The notes: generated by a model from the letters alone, not told the origin. Positions 19,228 through 28,825 are shown, counted from the first letter of the stretch. The stretch: 64,000 nt of DNA from an uncultured Candidatus Saccharibacteria bacterium (GCA_964398815.1 CAYNNZ010000004.1:8074-72073), one strand, 5' to 3'. A program made the numbers and translations.

Positions 19228-19758
19228 CTAGCCCTCGAAGTGTCCAACGCGGACTTTAGCTGGCCGAACCACGACGCCACCGGCGCGCCAGCCATGCTCG
19301 AGTACCGCGGTTACCGTATCGTCCTCACGTGCTGAGGACACTGGGTCCTGTCCCAGTGCCTCATGCATCGTCGGGTCAAACTGTTCACCCGTCGTACCGA
19401 ATTGCTCAAGCCCAAGACTCTTCGCACCCTCGTGGAGCTGTCGCGCAATGCCCGCGAATGCCTCAGGAATTTCTCCCGCAGCTTCTGCGCGAGCCAGCGA
19501 GTCCATCGCTGGTAAGAATGCGCGAGCGGAGCGGACGACACCCATACCGACGGCGGCGCCCTTTTCCTCATCGAAGCGCTTAAGCGCGTTTACATAGTCT
19601 GCCTTTGCGCGCTGCCAGCCATCGAGGTACTCCTGCTTTTCTTTACGCGCGCGCTCGAGGTCTTCTTTCATTTTGCCGAGCTTGTCCTTCACACCCTTGC
19701 CCTCGGCACCGAGCTCCTCAGAACCGTCGGCTTCAATAGTGAGTTCGTCGTCCTGCAT
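19228..19758 (-). CDS. grpE: nucleotide exchange factor GrpE
   Basis: 176 aa. Coiled-coil N-terminus, YLDGWQRAKADYVN, and C-terminal beta domain ending GGVVVRPAKVRV. Confidence 0.93.
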   Translation of the reverse strand: MQDDELTIEADGSEELGAEGKGVKDKLGKMKEDLERARKEKQEYLDGWQRAKADYVNALKRFDEEKGAAVGMGVVRSARAFLPAMDSLARAEAAGEIPEAFAGIARQLHEGAKSLGLEQFGTTGEQFDPTMHEALGQDPVSSAREDDTVTAVLEHGWRAGGVVVRPAKVRVGHFEG

Positions 19759-19926
19759 ATATAGAGAATATGCCTGAATGCTTGAGGCGCGTCAAAGTTA
19801 TGTAAAAAGGAAAAGACCTACTGGCGCGGCTGCGTTTTCGGTCTTCTTGCTTGGTATGCCTTCTTTTCCAAGCGTGTGTGGGTCGTCCGGTGCCATTTAG
19901 TTCAGGCAGCACTCGGTCGCGTGGGC

Positions 19927-20112
19927 TCATCCGCAGTAACGCTGGAGGAGCAGGTCGGCCTCTTCGGCTCGACCGTGGTTTTCCAGATACAGCATGTGCC
20001 GCATCCAGTCTTCCTCGGTCTTGAGCGTCGGAATCGGACATACCCGGAACCCTTCGGTCCACGAGTAGATCACGAGCCTCCCCTTTACACGCTTAATCTT
20101 GCGATCAGCCAT
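19927..20112 (-). CDS. hypothetical small protein (61 aa)
   Basis: Internal ATG at 20112 (MADRKIKRV...); the longer track ORF starts at TTG. Weak SD. No motif. Confidence 0.3.
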   Translation of the reverse strand: MADRKIKRVKGRLVIYSWTEGFRVCPIPTLKTEEDWMRHMLYLENHGRAEEADLLLQRYCG

Positions 20113-20291
20113 GGCGTTTGCTTCGTGTGTCTCAGGCGATGTGCCTAGGACAGTGCATACAAGCTCCAATGCTTGCTGCTAAGCGCCTGCGTACTTGCAG
20201 GCCTCCATGTGTGCCATTGCTTCTAACTGATCAAGAACTCGACCCGAGCGGACATTAACACATCATTTTGAGGTGTCAATGGAACGAATCT

Positions 20292-20313
20292 GGGCCCCGC
20301 CGAAGCGGGGCCC
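20292..20313 (-). terminator. GC-rich hairpin downstream of 20341 gene
   Basis: GGGCCCCGC-CGAA-GCGGGGCCC. The same 9-bp stem sequence occurs at 29195-29215. The T-tract is weak. Confidence 0.4.
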
Positions 20314-20340
20314 ATGGGTCTGTTGCGCGGTGCAGGTCGG

Positions 20341-20847
20341 CTAAGCCGCCATGTCCTCCACGATTTCTTTGATGCGGTGCATCTGTTCACCCCGCATACT
20401 CGCAGGAAGGTCAGTGACCGGGTAGAACGTACCCGGACCCTCGAACTTTCCCGCCGTGAAGCAGATGTACGGCAGCGCCACCGACGGTGCGTCAGGCGAC
20501 GCTTCGCGACTCACATCAGCAGCGTTGCAGGCGCGAGCCGGCGTGACGCTGTCGAAGATGCCGAGGTCCGAAAGGAGCGCGTTAACCGCGTCCTTGGGCG
20601 TCTCATCCGCGAGGATGATGCGCTCCGGCAATTGCCAGACCGGCTGCTCGCCGACCGCCGCTGCGTTCAGCAGGAGGACATGCATGTTCGATTGGCCTCC
20701 CTGGAAGAGGACAACCTCGACGTGCACGGTCTTGATGCGCCGCATGATGGCCTTGCGGACAGCCGGCGACGCACGCGCAAGGTCGAAACGTTCGAGATAG
20801 AGCAGCAGATGCCGCTCGGTTTCAGGTGTGTAGAGCGGATCGCCCAT
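20341..20847 (-). CDS. hypothetical protein, possibly a degenerate Nudix-fold protein
   Basis: 168 aa from MGDPLY (SD AAGGA upstream). WQLPERIILADETPKDAVNALLSDLGI resembles a Nudix box that has lost its catalytic RE..EE residues. Confidence 0.45.
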   Translation of the reverse strand: MGDPLYTPETERHLLLYLERFDLARASPAVRKAIMRRIKTVHVEVVLFQGGQSNMHVLLLNAAAVGEQPVWQLPERIILADETPKDAVNALLSDLGIFDSVTPARACNAADVSREASPDAPSVALPYICFTAGKFEGPGTFYPVTDLPASMRGEQMHRIKEIVEDMAA

Positions 20848-20931
20848 CGAGTAGTCCTTGTGCAGAGATGAGAACGAAAAGAATCGGTTCTTCTGCACAA
20901 TCGCACGATTTCAGGCTTTGGTCAATTACGA

Positions 20932-21411
20932 CTAAAGTTTTTCGTATGCAGTTATCTGCCAGCCATCGAGTCCCTTCGAGAGGGTGAATTTCACCGGCAC
21001 GGTGCCAACGACTTCCTGTCCGTTTGCGCCATTGGCCATTTCTACTATGTTCGCAGTTGCCACATACGTGCCATTCTTCCCTTTCGTCACCTGGGTGACG
21101 TCGATGCGGTCCGGCCACGGACTCGATACCTGTCGTCCAGGCGCCTCAGACGGATTCGCCTTCCACTTATTCAGGAGGTCCGGATGCACATAGAGCGCGT
21201 AGTACTGGTCCATCGCAAACGCGACAATGTTAGGAGGAGCGATGAGCGGCACCTTCTGGAGTTGGTCGCCGAGACCCGCTACCGTGATGCGCACCTGCGC
21301 CGTATCGGAATTAGAGGATTGCGAGAACGTGTACGTGTAATACCCATAAGCCGCCCCCGTGGCGACTACTGCCGCGAGCGCGACAACTGCATAGCGTTTC
21401 CAAATAGTCAT
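20932..21411 (-). CDS. hypothetical exported/anchored protein
   Basis: 159 aa. N-terminal hydrophobic segment YAVVALAAVVATGAAYG. Confidence 0.55.
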   Translation of the reverse strand: MTIWKRYAVVALAAVVATGAAYGYYTYTFSQSSNSDTAQVRITVAGLGDQLQKVPLIAPPNIVAFAMDQYYALYVHPDLLNKWKANPSEAPGRQVSSPWPDRIDVTQVTKGKNGTYVATANIVEMANGANGQEVVGTVPVKFTLSKGLDGWQITAYEKL

Positions 21412-21434
21412 ATCGTTACAGTATACGACGTGTT

Positions 21435-22094
21435 TTATGAAGGACTCTTACAAAAAAGAGAGTTGCTTCCATTTACGCTACGGAGCGCCATCGTATTAGT
21501 TATTACATTGAGTGAGCATCCAAATTTAAACATGTTCCACTCGACTGACGGTAAAGAAACGAAGTCGCCATATTCCTCTTTGTTCAAGGAGAGAATTCTA
21601 TCATTTAGAACTAGCACTATCTGCTTTTCATCCTCATAGGCCACACATAACTGTTCGGTTTGGATTGGACTTGCGGATTTGATGGCAAAATTGTTCAAAT
21701 ATTCTATTTGCGCGGGTGTTCCAACAATGGCAAATGCTCGAGGCGCTCCACCTCCGAAAGCACCAGGAATGAATGGAAACAACAATAATGAGTACAGAAA
21801 AAGAAGTAACAGACTACATATGGTTGCGGCTTTTGGATGTGGCTTCTTAAGCAGTTTGCTCCACGTAGCTGCACAAGCCGTATAAACAATAGCGAAAGCA
21901 AGGCCACTATAAATAAACACTGGTTGGAAAAGATCCTTTGTAAGGAATCCAAGACTTTGTAGATAAATACTCCACACGACAAATCCAAGGGCAAAACTGA
22001 GGATGCCCACGCATGTCAACAGAGTAAATATCGACTCGAAAGTTGATTTACCCTGTCTTACAAATGCAAAGAAGCTTTGGAACGCGCTCATCAT
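21435..22094 (-). CDS. multi-pass membrane protein, compositionally atypical (AT-rich by eye)
   Basis: 219 aa with four N-terminal TM segments followed by a soluble C-domain. Codons are visibly AT-richer than the flanking ribosomal genes. Confidence 0.6.
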   Translation of the reverse strand: MMSAFQSFFAFVRQGKSTFESIFTLLTCVGILSFALGFVVWSIYLQSLGFLTKDLFQPVFIYSGLAFAIVYTACAATWSKLLKKPHPKAATICSLLLLFLYSLLLFPFIPGAFGGGAPRAFAIVGTPAQIEYLNNFAIKSASPIQTEQLCVAYEDEKQIVLVLNDRILSLNKEEYGDFVSLPSVEWNMFKFGCSLNVITNTMALRSVNGSNSLFCKSPS

Positions 22095-22101
22095 ATTAAG
22101 T

Positions 22102-22127
22102 ACAAAACGCCCTTTCGGGCGTTTTGT
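22102..22127. terminator. hairpin terminator after rpsI
   Basis: ACAAAACGCCC-TTTC-GGGCGTTTTGT. Confidence 0.6.
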
Positions 22128-22135
22128 AAAGTGCT

Positions 22136-22543
22136 CTAACGCTTCGACCAGGATGGTCGCTTGCGGGCCTTCAGGAGACCCGGCTTCTTGCGCTCCACAG
22201 CACGTGGGTCGCGCTTCAGGTAGCCTGCTGACTTGAGTGCGCCGCGGGCAGTTGGGCCCTCTGCATCTACTGAAAGAAGTGCGCGAGAGATGGCGTGGCG
22301 GACTGCCTCTGCCTGTGCGGACTTGCCGCCACCCTGTACTCGAGCCTCTACGGTGTAGTTCTGCTTGGTCTCGAGCGCCTTGAAGGCATCCATGGTGATG
22401 GAGTCGCGCTCTGCAGTCGCGAAGTACTCGCGAGCAGGCTTGCCGTTGACCGTGACGGTGTTCTTGTCCGCGGGCGTAAGCTTTACGCGTGCGCTTGCGG
22501 TCTTGCGGCGACCTACTGCAGTGGTGTATCGGATATCAGCCAT
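22136..22543 (-). CDS. rpsI: 30S ribosomal protein S9
   Basis: 135 aa. GRRKTASARV near the N-terminus and C-terminal PGLLKARKRPSWSKR. Confidence 0.96.
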   Translation of the reverse strand: MADIRYTTAVGRRKTASARVKLTPADKNTVTVNGKPAREYFATAERDSITMDAFKALETKQNYTVEARVQGGGKSAQAEAVRHAISRALLSVDAEGPTARGALKSAGYLKRDPRAVERKKPGLLKARKRPSWSKR

Positions 22544-22551
22544 AGTAATTA

Positions 22552-22953
22552 TTATGCGACTACCGTGAGGCGCTTCATGCGTTCCTTGCGAAGCTTGTTG
22601 CGGGGAATCATGCCATCCACCGTCTTGCGGAAGACTTCCTCAATGCCCTTCTTCTCAATCATCATCTGCATGGAGGTGGTGATGAGACCGCCCGGGTAGC
22701 CGGTGTAGCGGACATAGTTCTTGTTTGCGATGCGCTTTTCGCCCATCTTCAGCTTGCTCACGTTCTCGACGCGGACCTCGATAGGAAGCACCTCGTTCTG
22801 GACGTAGGTAACGGACTTCTTGCCGAGCAAGATAGAAGCCGCTTCGCTTGCCACGCGGCCGAGCGACTTGTCTGCGGCGTCGATAGTGAAGAGCTTGCGG
22901 TCACCCGACTGCACGTATCCGCCCTTATTCGTCTTTTTTGGAGTTTCAGCCAT
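22552..22953 (-). CDS. rplM: 50S ribosomal protein L13
   Basis: 133 aa. LGRVASEAASILLGK, YVRYTGYPGG. Confidence 0.96.
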   Translation of the reverse strand: MAETPKKTNKGGYVQSGDRKLFTIDAADKSLGRVASEAASILLGKKSVTYVQNEVLPIEVRVENVSKLKMGEKRIANKNYVRYTGYPGGLITTSMQMMIEKKGIEEVFRKTVDGMIPRNKLRKERMKRLTVVA

Positions 22954-22959
22954 ACCGGT

Positions 22960-23313
22960 TTATACGAAGGAAATATACGCGTTGCGGCGTGCAGTAGTCG
23001 CATCCGGAGCTCGCTTGGTGATGCGGGTGTATCCGCCTGGGCGCTCTGCGTAGCGAGGAGCGATAGACGAGAAGAGCTTCTTCACAATCTCATCGTCGTT
23101 ACCGACGCGTGCTGCGACGAGGCGGCGAGCCGCTACCGTGTCCTTACGAGCTGCCGTGACAAGCTTCTCGATGATTGGGCGGAGTTCCTTGGCCTTTGCC
23201 TCGGTGGTGGAGATGCGCTCGTGAATCACGAGGGACTTCACAAGGCCACGGAAAAGAGCCTCGCGCTGGTCGTGCGAGCGATTGAAGCTTCGTCCTTTGT
23301 GGCTATGTCGCAT
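22960..23313 (-). CDS. rplQ: 50S ribosomal protein L17
   Basis: 117 aa. MRHSHKGRSFNRSHDQREALFRGL, TTEAKAKELRP, GGYTRI. Confidence 0.95.
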   Translation of the reverse strand: MRHSHKGRSFNRSHDQREALFRGLVKSLVIHERISTTEAKAKELRPIIEKLVTAARKDTVAARRLVAARVGNDDEIVKKLFSSIAPRYAERPGGYTRITKRAPDATTARRNAYISFV

Positions 23314-23366
23314 ATCTTTTGTGTCAGTACCCTATCACGAGTCGCTTATTTCCTCAATTTTCCAGC

Positions 23367-24323
23367 TTATTCGCCCTTCAAGACGTGACCGAGCTTGGCA
23401 AGAGCCTCCTCGATTTCCTCGATAGCCTTGTCTCCGACGCCATCAAGCTCCTTGAGGGCGCTTGCGGTCTTCTTGGAGAGGCCAGCGACGGTCTTAATGC
23501 CGCCCTCGGTAAGTGCCGATGCGATGCGTGCGGAAAGGCCGAGGTCGTCGATTTTCATCTTGGACGCATCCTTTGCAGCCGGCATGCCCATCATGTCGCT
23601 CGCGGAACCAGCAGACGAAGACGACTGCTCTGCCTCCTCCTGGAAGCCGACAATGGCCTTGAGCTGGTGAATCATAATCTCAATCGACTTCTCGAGCGCC
23701 TCACGTGAGGTGAGGGTGCCGTTGGTCTCGATGAGGATGCGCAGGCGGTTGAAGTCTGTGCGGTCTCCAACGCGCATGTTCTCTACTTCGTAGTTCACGC
23801 GGCGAATCGGGGTAAAGGTCGCATCAAGCGCAATCGTGCCGATGTCTACCTTCTCCTTCGTGAGTACCTCGCGCGGCACGTAGCCGAGACCGCGCTCGAT
23901 GGTTGCCTCGAGTTCGAGCGTAATCTTGCCGGACACATCGCAGATGTGCTGGTCCGGGTTCGTAATGGAAACCTGGCTCGGGAGGGTGAGGTCAGCTGCA
24001 GTAACCACCTTCGGACCCTTCACCGTGAGGCGGATAACCTGCGGCTCATCGCCCTGGAGGGCGAAGTGCACGCGCTTCAGGTTGAGGAGAATCTCCATGA
24101 CGGACTCATGGACGCCCTCGATGGTAGCGAACTCGTGCTGAATACCCTCGATTTTCACCGAAGTAATAGCCGCGCCAGAAAGCGAGGAAAGGATAATGCG
24201 GCGAAGCGAGTTGCCGAGGGTGTGGCCGTAGCCCGGATAGAGCGAATCTATCTCGTAAACGCCCTGAAGACCTTCTTCAGATACAACGCGAGGCTTGCTG
24301 GGTAGTGTGATGTGATATTCCAT
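23367..24323 (-). CDS. rpoA: DNA-directed RNA polymerase alpha subunit
   Basis: 318 aa. PGYGHTLGNSLRRILLSS-type block (GYGHTLGNSLRRIILSSL) and a C-terminal HhH domain DDLGLSARIASAL. Confidence 0.96.
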   Translation of the reverse strand: MEYHITLPSKPRVVSEEGLQGVYEIDSLYPGYGHTLGNSLRRIILSSLSGAAITSVKIEGIQHEFATIEGVHESVMEILLNLKRVHFALQGDEPQVIRLTVKGPKVVTAADLTLPSQVSITNPDQHICDVSGKITLELEATIERGLGYVPREVLTKEKVDIGTIALDATFTPIRRVNYEVENMRVGDRTDFNRLRILIETNGTLTSREALEKSIEIMIHQLKAIVGFQEEAEQSSSSAGSASDMMGMPAAKDASKMKIDDLGLSARIASALTEGGIKTVAGLSKKTASALKELDGVGDKAIEEIEEALAKLGHVLKGE

Positions 24324-24368
24324 AACTCAATCGTCTTTATCGTTTAGTAAAAATTCGGCGCGTGAGGC

Positions 24369-24408
24369 TCCGTATGGAGGACACGATTGCTCGCATCCTC
24401 CATACGGA
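24369..24408 (-). other. 13-bp stem hairpin in the rpsD-rpoA intergenic spacer
   Basis: TCCGTATGGAGGA - 14 nt - TCCTCCATACGGA (perfect inverted repeat). Confidence 0.5.
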
Positions 24409-24420
24409 ACCCCAATGCGA

Positions 24421-25035
24421 CTAGCGGCTGTAGAACGAGAGCACCATCGGGTAGTCGCCAGCGACATCTGCCGACTCCGGAGTCGGGAGCTCAATCATGC
24501 CACCGGTCATCTCCTTCGGATTCCAGGTGAGCCACGACGGAAGCGGACGCTCCATGAACTTCTCGCTGAAGTTATCGAAGTATGCGCGGTTCTTAGAACC
24601 CTCGCGTACTGCGATGCGATCACCAATCTTGATTGCCTGAGAAGGAATCGTGGACTTCTTGCCGTTCACGGTGATGTGGCCGTGGGAGACCATCTGGCGA
24701 GCAGCACGGCGAGTAGGCGCGAGGCCGAGGCGGTAGACGATATTGTCGAGGCGCATCTCGAGCTGACGATGGAGGACTTCAGACGGATTCACACCGTGAG
24801 CACCCATGGCGTTCTCGACATAGCCGTAGAACTGCTTCTCAGAAAGACCGTAGGTAACGCGTACCTTCTGCTTTTCGAGGAGCTGCTTGCCGAACTCAGT
24901 CTGGTTGCTGCGGCGGCCGCTCTTCTTATTCATGGCAGCACGCTCCGCTGAGACAGCGAACTTCTGGCTCATCGTCTTCTCGAAGATGGTTGCTCCGAGG
25001 CGCTTGGCGAGTTTGTATTTAGGTCCGAGTTTCAT
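24421..25035 (-). CDS. rpsD: 30S ribosomal protein S4
   Basis: 204 aa. GPKYKLAKRLG, RLDNIVYRLGLA, S4 RNA-binding domain. Confidence 0.96.
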   Translation of the reverse strand: MKLGPKYKLAKRLGATIFEKTMSQKFAVSAERAAMNKKSGRRSNQTEFGKQLLEKQKVRVTYGLSEKQFYGYVENAMGAHGVNPSEVLHRQLEMRLDNIVYRLGLAPTRRAARQMVSHGHITVNGKKSTIPSQAIKIGDRIAVREGSKNRAYFDNFSEKFMERPLPSWLTWNPKEMTGGMIELPTPESADVAGDYPMVLSFYSR

Positions 25036-25043
25036 ACAGAAGA

Positions 25044-25478
25044 TTAGACGCGACGAGGCTTAGGGGCGCGCGGTCCGTTGTGCGGAACCGGGGTCGCGTC
25101 CTTGATAGCGCGGATAGCGATGCCCTTGCCTGCGAATGCGCGAAGTGCAGACTCGCGGCCGGCACCGACGCCGCGGATGATAACGGATGCCTCCTTTACG
25201 CCGATAGCGAGAGCGCGATCGCCGAGAAGCTCGCCGACCTTAGCGGCAGCATACGGAGTGGACTTGCGAGCGCCGGAGAAACCGAGTGCGCCTGCAGAGG
25301 ATGCCATGACAGCATTTCCCTTCTCGTCCGTGAGAACGGCCTTGGTGTTGTTGAACGTAGCCTCCACGTGGAGTACGCCGCGCTCGAGGCGCTTCTTGAC
25401 GGCCTTGCCGAGGGCACGCTCCTTGCGTCCCTGGTCCATGCCGCGCCCGCTCTTCTTGATGATTCGTTTCTTTCCCAT
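25044..25478 (-). CDS. rpsK: 30S ribosomal protein S11
   Basis: 144 aa. HVEATFNNT, GFSGARKSTPYAA, DATPVPHNGPRAPKPRR. Confidence 0.96.
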   Translation of the reverse strand: MGKKRIIKKSGRGMDQGRKERALGKAVKKRLERGVLHVEATFNNTKAVLTDEKGNAVMASSAGALGFSGARKSTPYAAAKVGELLGDRALAIGVKEASVIIRGVGAGRESALRAFAGKGIAIRAIKDATPVPHNGPRAPKPRRV

Positions 25479-25501
25479 AGGTAGTTAAAAGCAGTGCAGA
25501 A

Positions 25502-25882
25502 TTATGTCTTCTCGAGTGTGCGGCGACCAGAGCCCATCGTCTTACGCGTGTTACCACGGACGGTGCGGGAATTGGTCTTGGTGCGCTGATTGCGGACCGG
25601 GAGGCGGCGCTCATGGCGCATGCCACGAAGCGAACGGATGTCCTTCAGGCGCTTGATGTTGTTACCGACTTCGCGCTTGAGCTCACCCTCGATGGTGTAT
25701 GCCTCTGCAAGCGTGCGGATTTTCTGCTCCTCGTCTGCCGTGAGGTCCTTGCCCTTGGTGGTCTCCTTCACCTTTGCTTCTGCGAGAATCTGCTTCGCGC
25801 GAGTAAAGCCGATGCCATAGATAAGAGGCAGCGCGAATACGAGCTGCTTGTCATCGGGAAGTGTTACTCCGGCGATACGCAT
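25502..25882 (-). CDS. rpsM: 30S ribosomal protein S13
   Basis: 126 aa. MRIAGVTLP, IYGIG, GMRHERRLPVRNQRTKTNSRT. Confidence 0.96.
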   Translation of the reverse strand: MRIAGVTLPDDKQLVFALPLIYGIGFTRAKQILAEAKVKETTKGKDLTADEEQKIRTLAEAYTIEGELKREVGNNIKRLKDIRSLRGMRHERRLPVRNQRTKTNSRTVRGNTRKTMGSGRRTLEKT

Positions 25883-25918
25883 GTTGTACTTAAATAGTGT
25901 TAGGTGATGAGCACGTGA

Positions 25919-26035
25919 TTAGCCCTGACGCGCTTTGCGGCGCGGATTGCGCTTGTTGATGCGGTAGAGACGGCCGCGTCGGCGGACAATAATGTCGCCT
26001 GGCTGCTGCTTCTTGATTGATGCGCGGACTTTCAT
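25919..26035 (-). CDS. rpmJ: 50S ribosomal protein L36, cysteine-free (C-minus) form
   Basis: Below the ORF-track cutoff. Hand translation: [38 protein letters not shown] (38 aa). Sits in the canonical infA-rpmJ-rpsM position. Confidence 0.85.
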   Translation of the reverse strand: MKVRASIKKQQPGDIIVRRRGRLYRINKRNPRRKARQG

Positions 26036-26054
26036 TTAGGTAAATTGCTTACAC

Positions 26055-26270
26055 TTAGGATAGGCGTCGAACGATGCGAGCACGTCCGCCGTATGGATCG
26101 AGGACCAGTTCAACTGTGTCCCCTACCAATACACGGATGCGGTGCAAGCGCATTTTTCCGGCTAGGTAGCTGAGTATCAACTCCCCAGTCGGCATTCGAA
26201 CGCGAAACAACGAATTGGGAAGCACCTCTTCTACGGTGCCTGTTACCGCATCGTTTGCCTTATCCTCCAT
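26055..26270 (-). CDS. infA: translation initiation factor IF-1
   Basis: 71 aa. [40 protein letters not shown] (S1-like OB fold). Confidence 0.95.
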   Translation of the reverse strand: MEDKANDAVTGTVEEVLPNSLFRVRMPTGELILSYLAGKMRLHRIRVLVGDTVELVLDPYGGRARIVRRLS

Positions 26271-26317
26271 GTGAAGCTTGTCTATAGTATATCACTGACT
26301 AAAAACCCGCAAGCAGG

Positions 26318-27634
26318 CTATTTCCCTGCCGGCTGGTCGGTCACGCTGACCTTGATTTTTGCTGGGTCCCCAGGGAAATGCTGGGCCCAGAACGGGCGCA
26401 GGACGAGGGTCGCCTTACCCACCTCTGGGAAGGATTCAAGGGCAATTTTGGCGGAATTACGGTCTTTCCCGGCGACTGCTGAGGAAATCTTCCCGGAATC
26501 CACTATCCAGACGATGGTCGTGGAGCCTGACAGATTAAAGGCAAATTCCGTCGCGTCTGGAGCGATGGTCGGCTGAACCGGCTTCACCGTAAGGCCCTCG
26601 ACCGACTTGAGCGTCACGGGCTGGCCACCATAGGTACCGACCGACTTGAATGCGATGTTACGCGCGAGCGCCTCTGCTGGGAATACGACTGCGATAACCT
26701 TGCCAGTCTCGGAGAGCGCCACAGTGCCTGACGCACCCGCAGCATCCGTGCCCGGGGTGAAGGTCGTGAATGACGAGCCCGGAAGCATGATGTAGCCCTC
26801 CGGCACCTTTGTCGCGAGCTCCTTTGCGAGTTCAGCGGAAAGCTTGCCCTGCATGTCGGCATACTGTTTGTCCTTGGTCGCCTGAGCGACTGACGGGCGC
26901 GTACCGGAGAATCCGCCAGTCATAGGGGCATCAGACTTGGCCGTCACCTGATCAAATGCTGCAGAACCCTTCAGGCCCGGCACTGTGAACGACGTAGGGC
27001 CAATATTGTACTTATCGCCTGCTTCGTCCGCATAGACGGTAGTGGTGATGCTGCCGCCGGCCGGAATGGAGACGGTGTCGCGCACACGGAATACCAGCCC
27101 GTCAGCCGTCTGGAAGCGGGTGTTCTTGATGAGGCCCTGAGCCTTCGTCTGGCGGTTCGTAATGGTTATCTTCCCGGATGCTGGGTCTGACGCAGTGACT
27201 GTGCTCTCAGCCGGGACGTTTGCGCTCGCAGTTTTCTCAACTGTAACGAGCTGGAACGGCAAATCGCCAGTGCCGAGCGTGGCCGTCAGGTCAGTTGCCA
27301 CGGTCGCCGAGTTCATAACTGGCGTGATAGTGACCTTTGCGCCCTGGAAGGCGTAGAGGACCACACCGCAGGCGACTATAACGAGGACCGCGATAAGGGC
27401 AGTGCCGATCGGGAATCCACGACCACCACCGAATGAGAAGCGCTTCCTTCTCGGCATCTTCGGCATCGGTGCAGCCGCCTGCATAGGCTCGAGTGGTGCA
27501 GACTCGCGCATCGGCGCGGGAGCAGCAGGACGCATGTCCATGGTGGGGCCGGACGGAGCCGCCGACTGAGCCGGTCCCATGTCCATAGCCTTGCGGCGTG
27601 AGGGCGGAATGATGTCGTTAAGGTCGCGATGCAT
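26318..27634 (-). CDS. hypothetical N-terminally anchored extracytoplasmic protein
   Basis: 438 aa. Pro/Ala/Met-rich cytoplasmic N-terminus, a single TM (IGTALIAVLVIVACGVVLYAF), then a T/S/G-rich beta-type region. Confidence 0.6.
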   Translation of the reverse strand: MHRDLNDIIPPSRRKAMDMGPAQSAAPSGPTMDMRPAAPAPMRESAPLEPMQAAAPMPKMPRRKRFSFGGGRGFPIGTALIAVLVIVACGVVLYAFQGAKVTITPVMNSATVATDLTATLGTGDLPFQLVTVEKTASANVPAESTVTASDPASGKITITNRQTKAQGLIKNTRFQTADGLVFRVRDTVSIPAGGSITTTVYADEAGDKYNIGPTSFTVPGLKGSAAFDQVTAKSDAPMTGGFSGTRPSVAQATKDKQYADMQGKLSAELAKELATKVPEGYIMLPGSSFTTFTPGTDAAGASGTVALSETGKVIAVVFPAEALARNIAFKSVGTYGGQPVTLKSVEGLTVKPVQPTIAPDATEFAFNLSGSTTIVWIVDSGKISSAVAGKDRNSAKIALESFPEVGKATLVLRPFWAQHFPGDPAKIKVSVTDQPAGK

Positions 27635-27688
27635 AGATATTCAGCCAGCGAATAATGACGGAACTAATATGAAGACAGTATACCAGCC

Positions 27689-28825
27689 CTACGGATGAGA
27701 TTTGGCTGCAAGGGCGAGTATCGCCAGCGCGGAGTCTCCGGGGCTCGCACTGCCTTCCGCGAGGAAGGTCGCGAACTGACCCGGTAGAATTGGCAGGATT
27801 GAGAGCGCCTCATCAGAAAGCCAGAGGCTGCGGAGCTGCGGAGCGTCCACCAGATGCTTTAGGAAGTCCCTGACATTGTCCTCTGCCATGAGGAACACCG
27901 TGCGCGGGAGTGGTTCCTGCTTTGCGAGCGAGCCGAGCGATGAGCTCATTTCTGTGAGCCACGCGGTCTCCGTCGCATCCATATGCTCGGCAAAATTGCC
28001 GCCACGACTCATGTCGACTGCGGGACCTTCTGGACGCAGCGTAGGCACGGATGCAGACGACACACCCCCGCCGCGCGCTGCGCGCGTAATTTCTCCAACG
28101 CCATGCGGCATGCAGGTCGCGGAGATAAGGAGGCCATGCTTCACGAGAAGAACGTCCGTCGCTTCGTTTCCGACATCCATGATGAGGAAGTCTCTCTGAT
28201 GCGGATACAGATTGCGGAAGACGAGATATGCCTCAGGCATGAAGGCATTCCAGGAGATGTGGTGCTGATGCAGTGACTTCCGGACCGCTTTCTCGACGAT
28301 TTCGCGCGTGGCGTCCTCCACGCTCGACGAGAGCATGATGAGTTCAGCACGACTGGCCTTCTTCCCGAATGGATTCTGTACCTCGTATCCGTTCAGGAGG
28401 GTCGCAATAATCATCTCACTTACCTGCGTATAGCCTTCTACCCCCTTTGGAGCCTCCTTTTCCGTCTCGTGCAGCACTTCCTTGCTGAATATGAACGGCT
28501 TTTCCTTCTCTATGGTCTTGCTATAGACCACTGAATACTGCCAGGGCGCGGTGATAGTGACCAGAACGCGGTCAGTCTTAGCGTTTCCGGCAATTTTACG
28601 GAGTACGGGTGCGCCTTCGGTGACGAGTGTATGGAGTGTGCGCTCGAGCGTCCGCGGGAATGCTTCTGCAATGGGCTCAGTTGCATGTGGGTCTATAGGA
28701 GTGCGCGTGACGTACGCGAGCGTCGGTGCGCCGTCTTTCGGACACACCACGAAACCGGCGCCGATAGACGACGAACGAATATCGAGAACTGCGACAGTCT
28801 CGCTTCCCTTACCGAACAATGCCAT
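27689..28825 (-). CDS. actin-like ATPase fold protein (PilM/FtsA-like)
   Basis: 378 aa from MALFGKG (ATG 28825). VAVLDIRSSSIGAGF (phosphate-1-like) and FLIMDVGNEATDVLLV (phosphate-2-like). Confidence 0.55.
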   Translation of the reverse strand: MALFGKGSETVAVLDIRSSSIGAGFVVCPKDGAPTLAYVTRTPIDPHATEPIAEAFPRTLERTLHTLVTEGAPVLRKIAGNAKTDRVLVTITAPWQYSVVYSKTIEKEKPFIFSKEVLHETEKEAPKGVEGYTQVSEMIIATLLNGYEVQNPFGKKASRAELIMLSSSVEDATREIVEKAVRKSLHQHHISWNAFMPEAYLVFRNLYPHQRDFLIMDVGNEATDVLLVKHGLLISATCMPHGVGEITRAARGGGVSSASVPTLRPEGPAVDMSRGGNFAEHMDATETAWLTEMSSSLGSLAKQEPLPRTVFLMAEDNVRDFLKHLVDAPQLRSLWLSDEALSILPILPGQFATFLAEGSASPGDSALAILALAAKSHP

